This document shows positions 51,901-64,000 of a DNA stretch of 64,000 bases, one piece after another. A model generated the notes under the pieces. That model ran no database searches and was not told the DNA's origin. It saw only the letters and a list, made by a program, of their open reading frames with translations. This DNA is from the human T2T-CHM13v2.0 reference genome, Homo sapiens. The position numbers and the translations under genes were made by a program. The stretch's first letter is position 1. Every line of letters starts with the position of its first letter. The stretch lies in NCBI RefSeq assembly GCF_009914755.1, contig NC_060942.1, one strand, 5' to 3'.

Positions 51901-54900
51901 ACCGTTTTGAAGGAGCAGTTTTGAAACTCTCTTTTTCTGGAATCTGCAAGTGGATATTTGGCTAGCTTTGGGGATTTCGCTGGAAGCGGGAATACATATA
52001 AAAAGCACACAGCAGCGTTCTGAGAAACTGCTTTCTGATGTTTGCATTCAAGTCAAAAGTTGAACACTCCCTTTCATAGAGCAGTCCTGAAACACCCCTT
52101 TTGTAGTATCTGGAACTGGACTTTTGGAGCGATTTCAGGGCTAAGGTGAAAAAGGAAATATCTTCCCATAAAAACTGGACAGAAGCATTCTCAGAAACTT
52201 GTTTATGCTGTATCTACTCAACTAACAAAGTTGAACCTTTCTTTTGATAGAGCAGTTTTGAAATGCTCTTTTTGTGGAATCTGCAAGTGGATATTTGGCT
52301 AGTTTTGAGGATTTCGTTGGAAGCGGGAATTCATACAAATTGCAGACTGCAGCGTTCTGAGAAACATCTTTGTGATGTTTGTATTCAGGACACAGAGTTG
52401 AACATTCCCTATCATAGAGCAGGTTGGAATCACTCCTTTTGTAGTATCTGGAAGTGGACATTTGGAGCGCTTTCAGGCCTATTTTGGAAAGGGAAATATC
52501 TTCCCGTAACAACTATGCAGAAGCATTCTCAGAAACTTGTTTGTGATGTGTGCCCTCTACTGACAGAGTTGAACCTTTCTTTTCATAGAGCAGTTTTGAA
52601 ACACTCTTTTTGTAGAATCTGCAAGAGGATATTTGCATAGCTTTGAGGATTTCGTGGGAAACGGGATTGTCTTCAGGTAAAATCTAGACAGAAGCATTCT
52701 CAGAAACTTCTTTGGGATGTTTGCATTCAAGTCACAGAGTAGAACATTCCCTTTGGTAGAGCAGGTTTGAAACACTCTTTTTGTAGTATCTGGAAGTGGA
52801 CATTTGGAGCGCTTTCAGGCCCATGTTGGAAAGGGAAATATCTTCCCGTAACAACTAGGCAGAAGCATTCTCAGAAACTTATTTGAGATGTGTGTACTCA
52901 ACTAAGAGAATTGAACCACCGTTTTGAAGGAGCAGTTTTGAAACACTCTTTTTCTGGAATCTGCAAGAGTATATTTGCCTAGCCTTGAGGATTTCGTTGG
53001 AAACGGGATTGTCTTCAGAGAAAATCTAGACAGAAGCATTCTCAGAAACTTCTTTGGGATGCTTGCATTCAAGTCACAGAGTAGAACATTCCCTTTGGTA
53101 GAGCAGGTTTGAAACACTCTTTTTGTAGTATCTGGAAGTGGACATTTGGAGCGCTTTCAGGCCTACGTTGGAAAAGGAAATATCTTCCCATAACAACTAG
53201 ACAGAAGCATTCTCAGAAACTAGTTTCTGATGTGTGTCCTCAACTAACACAGTTGAACATTTCTTTAGACAGAACAGTTTTGAAACACTCTTTTTGTGGA
53301 ATCTGCAAGTGGCTATTTGGCTAGATTTGAGGATTTCGTTGGAAACGGGATTACATATAAAAAGCAGTCAGCAGCATTCTCAGAAAGTTCTTTGTGATGA
53401 TTGCATTCAAGTCACAGAATTGAACATTCCCTTTCACAGAGCAGGTTTGAAACACTCTTTTTGTAGTGTGTGTAAGTGGACATTTGGAGCACTTACCGGC
53501 CTAAGGTGAAAAAGGAAATAATCTTCCCATAAAAACTAGACAGAAGCATTCTCAGAAACTTACTCGTGATGTGTGTCCTCAACTAAAGGAGTAGAACCTT
53601 TCTTTTCATAGAGAAGTTTTGAAACGCTCTTTTTGTGGAATCTGCAAGTGGATATTTGGCTAGTTTTGAGGATTTCGTTGGAAGCGGGAATTCATACAAA
53701 TTGCAGACTGCAGCGTTCTGAGAAACATCTTTGTGATGTTTGTATTCAGGACACAGAGTTGAACATTCCCTATCATAGAGCAGGTTTGAATCACTCCTTT
53801 TGTAGTATCTGGAAGTGGACATTTGGAGCGCTTTCAGGCCTATGTTGGAAAAGGAAATATCTTCCCATAACAACTAGACAGAAGCATTCTCAGAAACTTA
53901 TTTGAGATGTGTGTACTCAACTAAGAGAATTGAACCACCGTTTTGAAGGAGCAGTTTTGAAACTCTCTTTTTCTGGAATCTGCAAGTGGATATTTGGCTA
54001 GCTTTGGGGATTTCGCTGGAAGCGGGAATACATATAAAAAGCACACAGCAGCGTTCTGAGAAACTGCTTTCTGATGTTTGCATTCAAGTCAAAAGTTGAA
54101 CACTCCCTTTCATAGAGCAGTCCTGAAACACCCCTTTTGTAGTATCTGGAACTGGACTTTTGGAGCGATTTCAGGGCTAAGGTGAAAAAGGAAATATCTT
54201 CCCATAAAAACTGGACAGAAGCATTCTCAGAAACTTGTTTATGCTGTATCTACTCAACTAACAAAGTTGAACCTTTCTTTTGATAGAGCAGTTTTGAAAT
54301 GGTCTTTTTGTGGAATCTGCAAGTGGATATTTGGCTAGTTTTGAGGATTTCGTTGGAAGCGGGAATTCATACAAATTGCAGACTGCAGCGTTCTGAGAAA
54401 CATCTTTGTGATGTTTGTATTCAGGACACAGAGTTGAACATTCCCTATCATAGAGCAGGTTGGAATCACTCCTTTTGTAGTATCTGGAAGTGGACATTTG
54501 GAGCGCTTTCAGGCCTATTTTGGAAAGGGAAATATCTTCCCGTAACAACTATGCAGAAGCATTCTCAGAAACTTGTTTGTGATGTGTGCCCTCTACTGAC
54601 AGAGTTGAACCTTTCTTTTCATAGAGCAGTTTTGAAACACTCTTTTTGTAGAATCTGCAAGAGGATATTTGCATAGCTTTGAGGATTTCGTGGGAAACGG
54701 GATTGTCTTCAGGTAAAATCTAGACAGAAGCATTCTCAGAAACTTCTTTGGGATGTTTGCATTCAAGTCACAGAGTAGAACATTCCCTTTGGTAGAGCAG
54801 GTTTGAAACACTCTTTTTGTAGTATCTGGAAGTGGACATTTGGAGCGCTTTCAGGCCCATGTTGGAAAGGGAAATATCTTCCCGTAACAACTAGGCAGAA

Positions 54901-57900
54901 GCATTCTCAGAAACTTATTTGAGATGTGTGTACTCAACTAAGAGAATTGAACCACCGTTTTGAAGGAGCAGTTTTGAAACACTCTTTTTCTGGAATCTGC
55001 AAGAGTATATTTGCCTAGCCTTCAGGATTTCGTTGGAAACGGGATTGTCTTCAGAGAAAATCTAGACAGAAGCATTCTCAGAAACTTCTTTGGGATGCTT
55101 GCATTCAAGTCACAGAGTAGAACATTCCCTTTGGTAGAGCAGGTTTGAAACACTCTTTTTTTAGTATCTGGAAGTGGACATTTGGAGCGCTTTCAGGCCT
55201 ACGTTGGAAAAGGAAATATCTTCCCATAACAACTAGACAGAAGCATTCTCAGAAACTAGTTTCTGATGTGTGTCCTCAACTAACACAGTTGAACATTTCT
55301 TTAGACAGAACAGTTTTGAAACACTCTTTTTGTGGAATCTGCAAGTGGCTATTTGGCTAGATTTGAGGATTTCGTTGGAAACGGGATTACATATAAAAAG
55401 CAGTCAGCGGCATTCTCAGAAAGTTCTTTGTGATGATTGCATTCAAGTCACAGAATTGAACATTCCCTTTCACAGAGCAGGTTTGAAACACTCTTTTTGT
55501 AGTGTGTGTAAGTGGACATTTGGAGCACTTACCGGCCTAAGGTGAAAAAGGAAATAATCTTCCCATAAAAACTAGACAGAAGCATTCTCAGAAACTTACT
55601 CGTGATGTGTGTCCTCAACTAAAGGAGTAGAACCTTTCTTTTCATAGAGAAGTTTTGAAACGCTCTTTTTGTGGAATCTGCAAGTGGATATTTGGCTAGT
55701 TTTGAGGATTTCGTTGGAAGCGGGAATTCATACAAATTGCAGACTGCAGCGTTCTGAGAAACATCTTTGTGATGTTTGTATTCAGGACACAGAGTTGAAC
55801 ATTCCCTATCATAGAGCAGGTTTGAATCACTCCTTTTGTAGTATCTGGAAGTGGACATTTGGAGCGCTTTCAGGCCTATGTTGGAAAAGGAAATATCTTC
55901 CCATAACAACTAGACAGAAGCATTCTCAGAAACTTATTTGAGATGTGTGTACTCAACTAAGAGAATTGAACCACCGTTTTGAAGGAGCAGTTTTGAAACT
56001 CTCTTTTTCTGGAATCTGCAAGTGGATATTTGGCTAGCTTTGGGGATTTCGCTGGAAGCGGGAATACATATAAAAAGCACACAGCAGCGTTCTGAGAAAC
56101 TGCTTTCTGATGTTTGCATTCAAGTCAAAAGTTGAACACTCCCTTTCATAGAGCAGTCCTGAAACACCCCTTTTGTAGTATCTGGAACTGGACTTTTGGA
56201 GCGATTTCAGGGCTAAGGTGAAAAAGGAAATATCTTCCCATAAAAACTGGACAGAAGCATTCTCAGAAACTTGTTTATGCTGTATCTACTCAACTAACAA
56301 AGTTGAACCTTTCTTTTGATAGAGCAGTTTTGAAATGGTCTTTTTGTGGAATCTGCAAGTGGATATTTGGCTAGTTTTGAGGATTTCGTTGGAAGCGGGA
56401 ATTCATACAAATTGCAGACTGCAGCGTTCTGAGAAACATCTTTGTGATGTTTGTATTCAGGACACAGAGTTGAACATTCCCTATCATAGAGCAGGTTGGA
56501 ATCACTCCTTTTGTAGTATCTGGAAGTGGACATTTGGAGCGCTTTCAGGCCTATTTTGGAAAGGGAAATATCTTCCCGTAACAACTATGCAGAAGCATTC
56601 TCAGAAACTTGTTTGTGATGTGTGCCCTCTACTGACAGAGTTGAACCTTTCTTTTCATAGAGCAGTTTTGAAACACTCTTTTTGTAGAATCTGCAAGAGG
56701 ATATTTGCATAGCTTTGAGGATTTCGTGGGAAACGGGATTGTCTTCAGGTAAAATCTAGACAGAAGCATTCTCAGAAACTTCTTTGGGATGTTTGCATTC
56801 AAGTCACAGAGTAGAACATTCCCTTTGGTAGAGCAGGTTTGAAACACTCTTTTTGTAGTATCTGGAAGTGGACATTTGGAGCGCTTTCAGGCCCATGTTG
56901 GAAAGGGAAATATCTTCCCGTAACAACTAGGCAGAAGCATTCTCAGAAACTTATTTGAGATGTGTGTACTCAACTAAGAGAATTGAACCACCGTTTTGAA
57001 GGAGCAGTTTTGAAACACTCTTTTTCTGGAATCTGCAAGAGTATATTTGCCTAGCCTTGAGGATTTCGTTGGAAACGGGATTGTCTTCAGAGAAAATCTA
57101 GACAGAAGCATTCTCAGAAACTTCTTTGGGATGCTTGCATTCAAGTCACAGAGTAGAACATTCCCTTTGGTAGAGCAGGTTTGAAACACTCTTTTTTTAG
57201 TATCTGGAAGTGGACATTTGGAGCGCTTTCAGGCCTACGTTGGAAAAGGAAATATCTTCCCATAACAACTAGACAGAAGCATTCTCAGAAACTAGTTTCT
57301 GATGTGTGTCCTCAACTAACACAGTTGAACATTTCTTTAGACAGAACAGTTTTGAAACACTCTTTTTGTGGAATCTGCAAGTGGCTATTTGGCTAGATTT
57401 GAGGATTTCGTTGGAAACGGGATTACATATAAAAAGCAGTCAGCGGCATTCTCAGAAAGTTCTTTGTGATGATTGCATTCAAGTCACAGAATTGAACATT
57501 CCCTTTCACAGAGCAGGTTTGAAACACTCTTTTTGTAGTGTGTGTAAGTGGACATTTGGAGCACTTACCGGCCTAAGGTGAAAAAGGAAATAATCTTCCC
57601 ATAAAAACTAGACAGAAGCATTCTCAGAAACTTACTCGTGATGTGTGTCCTCAACTAAAGGAGTAGAACCTTTCTTTTCATAGAGAAGTTTTGAAACGCT
57701 CTTTTTGTGGAATCTGCAAGTGGATATTTGGCTAGTTTTGAGGATTTCGTTGGAAGCGGGAATTCATACAAATTGCAGACTGCAGCGTTCTGAGAAACAT
57801 CTTTGTGATGTTTGTATTCAGGACACAGAGTTGAACATTCCCTATCATAGAGCAGGTTTGAATCACTCCTTTTGTAGTATCTGGAAGTGGACATTTGGAG

Positions 57901-60900
57901 CGCTTTCAGGCCTATGTTGGAAAAGGAAATATCTTCCCATAACAACTAGACAGAAGCATTCTCAGAAACTTATTTGAGATGTGTGTACTCAACTAAGAGA
58001 ATTGAACCACCGTTTTGAAGGAGCAGTTTTGAAACTCTCTTTTTCTGGAATCTGCAAGTGGATATTTGGCTAGCTTTGGGGATTTCGCTGGAAGCGGGAA
58101 TACATATAAAAAGCACACAGCAGCGTTCTGAGAAACTGCTTTCTGATGTTTGCATTCAAGTCAAAAGTTGAACACTCCCTTTCATAGAGCAGTCCTGAAA
58201 CACCCCTTTGGTAGTATCTGGAACTGGACTTTTGGAGCGATTTCAGGGCTAAGGTGAAAAAGGAAATATCTTCCCATAAAAACTGGACAGAAGCATTCTC
58301 AGAAACTTGTTTATGCTGTATCTACTCAACTAACAAAGTTGAACCTTTCTTTTGATAGAGCAGTTTTGAAATGGTCTTTTTGTGGAATCTGCAAGTGGAT
58401 ATTTGGCTAGTTTTGAGGATTTCGTTGGAAGCGGGAATTCATACAAATTGCAGACTGCAGCGTTCTGAGAAACATCTTTGTGATGTTTGTATTCAGGACA
58501 CAGAGTTGAACATTCCCTATCATAGAGCAGGTTGGAATCACTCCTTTTGTAGTATCTGGAAGTGGACATTTGGAGCGCTTTCAGGCCTATTTTGGAAAGG
58601 GAAATATCTTCCCGTAACAACTATGCAGAAGCATTCTCAGAAACTTGTTTGTGATGTGTGCCCTCTACTGACAGAGTTGAACCTTTCTTTTCATAGAGCA
58701 GTTTTGAAACACTCTTTTTGTAGAATCTGCAAGAGGATATTTGCATAGCTTTGAGGATTTCGTGGGAAACGGGATTGTCTTCAGGTAAAATCTAGACAGA
58801 AGCATTCTCAGAAACTTCTTTGGGATGTTTGCATTCAAGTCACAGAGTAGAACATTCCCTTTGGTAGAGCAGGTTTGAAACACTCTTTTTGTAGTATCTG
58901 GAAGTGGACATTTGGAGCGCTTTCAGGCCCATGTTGGAAAGGGAAATATCTTCCCGTAACAACTAGGCAGAAGCATTCTCAGAAACTTATTTGAGATGTG
59001 TGTACTCAACTAAGAGAATTGAACCACCGTTTTGAAGGAGCAGTTTTGAAACACTCTTTTTCTGGAATCTGCAAGAGTATATTTGCCTAGCCTTGAGGAT
59101 TTCGTTGGAAACGGGATTGTCTTCAGAGAAAATCTAGACAGAAGCATTCTCAGAAACTTCTTTGGGATGCTTGCATTCAAGTCACAGAGTAGAACATTCC
59201 CTTTGGTAGAGCAGGTTTGAAACACTCTTTTTTTAGTATCTGGAAGTGGACATTTGGAGCGCTTTCAGGCCTACGTTGGAAAAGGAAATATCTTCCCATA
59301 ACAACTAGACAGAAGCATTCTCAGAAACTAGTTTCTGATGTGTGTCCTCAACTAACACAGTTGAACATTTCTTTAGACAGAACAGTTTTGAAACACTCTT
59401 TTTGTGGAATCTGCAAGTGGCTATTTGGCTAGATTTGAGGATTTCGTTGGAAACGGGATTACATATAAAAAGCAGTCAGCGGCATTCTCAGAAAGTTCTT
59501 TGTGATGATTGCATTCAAGTCACAGAATTGAACATTCCCTTTCACAGAGCAGGTTTGAAACACTCTTTTTGTAGTGTGTGTAAGTGGACATTTGGAGCAC
59601 TTACCGGCCTAAGGTGAAAAAGGAAATAATCTTCCCATAAAAACTAGACAGAAGCATTCTCAGAAACTTACTCGTGATGTGTGTCCTCAACTAAAGGAGT
59701 AGAACCTTTCTTTTCATAGAGAAGTTTTGAAACGCTCTTTTTGTGGAATCTGCAAGTGGATATTTGGCTAGTTTTGAGGATTTCGTTGGAAGCGGGAATT
59801 CATACAAATTGCAGACTGCAGCGTTCTGAGAAACATCTTTGTGATGTTTGTATTCAGGACACAGAGTTGAACATTCCCTATCATAGAGCAGGTTTGAATC
59901 ACTCCTTTTGTAGTATCTGGAAGTGGACATTTGGAGCGCTTTCAGGCCTATGTTGGAAAAGGAAATATCTTCCCATAACAACTAGACAGAAGCATTCTCA
60001 GAAACTTATTTGAGATGTGTGTACTCAACTAAGAGAATTGAACCACCGTTTTGAAGGAGCAGTTTTGAAACTCTCTTTTTCTGGAATCTGCAAGTGGATA
60101 TTTGGCTAGCTTTGGGGATTTCGCTGGAAGCGGGAATACATATAAAAAGCACACAGCAGCGTTCTGAGAAACTGCTTTCTGATGTTTGCATTCAAGTCAA
60201 AAGTTGAACACTCCCTTTCATAGAGCAGTCCTGAAACACCCCTTTGGTAGTATCTGGAACTGGACTTTTGGAGCGATTTCAGGGCTAAGGTGAAAAAGGA
60301 AATATCTTCCCATAAAAACTGGACAGAAGCATTCTCAGAAACTTGTTTATGCTGTATCTACTCAACTAACAAAGTTGAACCTTTCTTTTGATAGAGCAGT
60401 TTTGAAATGGTCTTTTTGTGGAATCTGCAAGTGGATATTTGGCTAGTTTTGAGGATTTCGTTGGAAGCGGGAATTCATACAAATTGCAGACTGCAGCGTT
60501 CTGAGAAACATCTTTGTGATGTTTGTATTCAGGACACAGAGTTGAACATTCCCTATCATAGAGCAGGTTGGAATCACTCCTTTTGTAGTATCTGGAAGTG
60601 GACATTTGGAGCGCTTTCAGGCCTATTTTGGAAAGGGAAATATCTTCCCGTAACAACTATGCAGAAGCATTCTCAGAAACTTGTTTGTGATGTGTGCCCT
60701 CTACTGACAGAGTTGAACCTTTCTTTTCATAGAGCAGTTTTGAAACACTCTTTTTGTAGAATCTGCAAGAGGATATTTGCATAGCTTTGAGGATTTCGTG
60801 GGAAACGGGATTGTCTTCAGGTAAAATCTAGACAGAAGCATTCTCAGAAACTTCTTTGGGATGTTTGCATTCAAGTCACAGAGTAGAACATTCCCTTTGG

Positions 60901-63900
60901 TAGAGCAGGTTTGAAACACTCTTTTTGTAGTATCTGGAAGTGGACATTTGGAGCGCTTTCAGGCCCATGTTGGAAAGGGAAATATCTTCCCGTAACAACT
61001 AGGCAGAAGCATTCTCAGAAACTTATTTGAGATGTGTGTACTCAACTAAGAGAATTGAACCACCGTTTTGAAGGAGCAGTTTTGAAACACTCTTTTTCTG
61101 GAATCTGCAAGAGTATATTTGCCTAGCCTTGAGGATTTCGTTGGAAACGGGATTGTCTTCAGAGAAAATCTAGACAGAAGCATTCTCAGAAACTTCTTTG
61201 GGATGCTTGCATTCAAGTCACAGAGTAGAACATTCCCTTTGGTAGAGCAGGTTTGAAACACTCTTTTTGTAGTATCTGGAAGTGGACATTTGGAGCGCTT
61301 TCAGGCCTACGTTGGAAAAGGAAATATCTTCCCATAACAACTAGACAGAAGCATTCTCAGAAACTAGTTTCTGATGTGTGTCCTCAACTAACACAGTTGA
61401 ACATTTCTTTAGACAGAACAGTTTTGAAACACTCTTTTTGTGGAATCTGCAAGTGGCTATTTGGCTAGATTTGAGGATTTCGTTGGAAACGGGATTACAT
61501 ATAAAAAGCAGTCAGCGGCATTCTCAGAAAGTTCTTTGTGATGATTGCATTCAAGTCACAGAATTGAACATTCCCTTTCACAGAGCAGGTTTGAAACACT
61601 CTTTTTGTAGTGTGTGTAAGTGGACATTTGGAGCACTTACCGGCCTAAGGTGAAAAAGGAAATAATCTTCCCATAAAAACTAGACAGAAGCATTCTCAGA
61701 AACTTACTCGTGATGTGTGTCCTCAACTAAAGGAGTAGAACCTTTCTTTTCATAGAGAAGTTTTGAAACGCTCTTTTTGTGGAATCTGCAAGTGGATATT
61801 TGGCTAGTTTTGAGGATTTCGTTGGAAGCGGGAATTCATACAAATTGCAGACTGCAGCGTTCTGAGAAACATCTTTGTGATGTTTGTATTCAGGACACAG
61901 AGTTGAACATTCCCTATCATAGAGCAGGTTTGAATCACTCCTTTTGTAGTATCTGGAAGTGGACATTTGGAGCGCTTTCAGGCCTATGTTGGAAAAGGAA
62001 ATATCTTCCCATAACAACTAGACAGAAGCATTCTCAGAAACTTATTTGAGATGTGTGTACTCAACTAAGAGAATTGAACCACCGTTTTGAAGGAGCAGTT
62101 TTGAAACTCTCTTTTTCTGGAATCTGCAAGTGGATATTTGGCTAGCTTTGGGGATTTCGCTGGAAGCGGGAATACATATAAAAAGCACACAGCAGCGTTC
62201 TGAGAAACTGCTTTCTGATGTTTGCATTCAAGTCAAAAGTTGAACACTCCCTTTCATAGAGCAGTCCTGAAACACCCCTTTGGTAGTATCTGGAACTGGA
62301 CTTTTGGAGCGATTTCAGGGCTAAGGTGAAAAAGGAAATATCTTCCCATAAAAACTGGACAGAAGCATTCTCAGAAACTTGTTTATGCTGTATCTACTCA
62401 ACTAACAAAGTTGAACCTTTCTTTTGATAGAGCAGTTTTGAAATGGTCTTTTTGTGGAATCTGCAAGTGGATATTTGGCTAGTTTTGAGGATTTCGTTGG
62501 AAGCGGGAATTCATACAAATTGCAGACTGCAGCGTTCTGAGAAACATCTTTGTGATGTTTGTATTCAGGACACAGAGTTGAACATTCCCTATCATAGAGC
62601 AGGTTGGAATCACTCCTTTTGTAGTATCTGGAAGTGGACATTTGGAGCGCTTTCAGGCCTATTTTGGAAAGGGAAATATCTTCCCGTAACAACTATGCAG
62701 AAGCATTCTCAGAAACTTGTTTGTGATGTGTGCCCTCTACTGACAGAGTTGAACCTTTCTTTTCATAGAGCAGTTTTGAAACACTCTTTTTGTAGAATCT
62801 GCAAGAGGATATTTGCATAGCTTTGAGGATTTCGTGGGAAACGGGATTGTCTTCAGGTAAAATCTAGACAGAAGCATTCTCAGAAACTTCTTTGGGATGT
62901 TTGCATTCAAGTCACAGAGTAGAACATTCCCTTTGGTAGAGCAGGTTTGAAACACTCTTTTTGTAGTATCTGGAAGTGGACATTTGGAGCGCTTTCAGGC
63001 CCATGTTGGAAAGGGAAATATCTTCCCGTAACAACTAGGCAGAAGCATTCTCAGAAACTTATTTGAGATGTGTGTACTCAACTAAGAGAATTGAACCACC
63101 GTTTTGAAGGAGCAGTTTTGAAACACTCTTTTTCTGGAATCTGCAAGAGTATATTTGCCTAGCCTTGAGGATTTCGTTGGAAACGGGATTGTCTTCAGAG
63201 AAAATCTAGACAGAAGCATTCTCAGAAACTTCTTTGGGATGCTTGCATTCAAGTCACAGAGTAGAACATTCCCTTTGGTAGAGCAGGTTTGAAACACTCT
63301 TTTTGTAGTATCTGGAAGTGGACATTTGGAGCGCTTTCAGGCCTACGTTGGAAAAGGAAATATCTTCCCATAACAACTAGACAGAAGCATTCTCAGAAAC
63401 TAGTTTCTGATGTGTGTCCTCAACTAACACAGTTGAACATTTCTTTAGACAGAACAGTTTTGAAACACTCTTTTTGTGGAATCTGCAAGTGGCTATTTGG
63501 CTAGATTTGAGGATTTCGTTGGAAACGGGATTACATATAAAAAGCAGTCAGCAGCATTCTCAGAAAGTTCTTTGTGATGATTGCATTCAAGTCACAGAAT
63601 TGAACATTCCCTTTCACAGAGCAGGTTTGAAACACTCTTTTTGTAGTGTGTGTAAGTGGACATTTGGAGCACTTACCGGCCTAAGGTGAAAAAGGAAATA
63701 ATCTTCCCATAAAAACTAGACAGAAGCATTCTCAGAAACTTACTCGTGATGTGTGTCCTCAACTAAAGGAGTAGAACCTTTCTTTTCATAGAGAAGTTTT
63801 GAAACGCTCTTTTTGTGGAATCTGCAAGTGGATATTTGGCTAGTTTTGAGGATTTCGTTGGAAGCGGGAATTCATACAAATTGCAGACTGCAGCGTTCTG

Positions 63901-64000
63901 AGAAACATCTTTGTGATGTTTGTATTCAGGACACAGAGTTGAACATTCCCTATCATAGAGCAGGTTTGAATCACTCCTTTTGTAGTATCTGGAAGTGGAC
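42931..64000 (+). repeat. HOR haplotype block 3: 2036 bp units (+A only), one 2034 bp unit
   Basis: ORF starts step by 2036 except 49039->51073 (2034); +T insertion absent. Confidence 0.75.

Larger units (their letters stand above)
1..64000 (+). repeat. Alpha-satellite (alphoid) higher-order repeat array, 12-mer HOR of ~2035 bp, ~31.4 copies; probably human chr18 D18Z1 (suprachromosomal family 2, dimeric)
   Basis: ~171 bp monomers starting CATTCTCAGAAA/CGTTCTGAGAAA; CENP-B boxes every ~340 bp; the ORF pattern recurs at 178, 2213, 4248 ... 63289 (period 2034-2037 bp) with near-identical copies. Alpha-satellite identity is essentially certain; the D18Z1 assignment (about 0.85) rests on the 12-mer length and the 675+1360 bp EcoRI pattern recalled from the literature. 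Confidence 0.98.

Noticed and set aside
178-63689. About 250 short ORFs (61-125 aa) recurring on both strands
   Set aside because: They are translations of satellite repeats: they overlap in conflicting frames, many begin at non-ATG codons, are freely frameshifted or truncated by HOR variants, and resemble no protein family I recognise.
1-64000. CRISPR-like array (conserved motif every ~170 bp)
   Set aside because: Intervening sequences are homologous monomer bodies repeated in every HOR, not unique spacers; no cas genes; hallmark alphoid sequence.
1-64000. Transposon insertion, inversion, or HOR with a different monomer number
   Set aside because: The ORF track keeps the same order and strand with a 2034-2037 bp period throughout, leaving no room for any of these.
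1-64000. Assignment to DXZ1 (also a 12-mer)
   Set aside because: DXZ1 is ~2057 bp and pentameric (SF3); this array is ~2035 bp with strict A/B dimer alternation.
1-64000. A novel biological system or encoded message in the variant pattern
   Set aside because: All variation seen is compatible with known satellite turnover (point mutation, slippage, unequal exchange, conversion); nothing requires a new mechanism.

Overview
The whole 64 kb window is one uninterrupted, single-orientation array of primate centromeric alpha satellite. It holds about 31.4 tandem copies of a 12-monomer higher-order repeat (HOR) of 2034-2037 bp. Monomers alternate A-type and B-type, with an intact CENP-B box in every second monomer (dimeric organisation). 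The 12-mer length, dimeric structure and two EcoRI sites cutting each HOR into 675 bp (4-mer) and 1360 bp (8-mer) pieces fit human chromosome 18 D18Z1 (S2C18H1L); this assignment is from recall, not from a search. I see no genes, RNA genes, transposons, inversions or monomer-number variants, and all ORFs in the track are by-products of the repeat. I found no previously undescribed biological system. The informative signal is array microevolution: roughly 20 variant alleles read by eye define blocks of HOR haplotypes, a ~6110 bp (3-HOR) spacing of shared rare variants, recombinant HOR copies, apparent conversion between paralogous segments within the HOR, and a mosaic internal HOR structure. 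HOR copies are numbered U1-U32 from the recurring 'MKHSF' ORF starts (U1=178, U2=2213, ... U11=20528, U12=22564, U14=26638, U18=34785, U21=40895, U25=49039, U28=55145, U32=63289). Variants were read by eye and with the ORF track, so some may have been missed.
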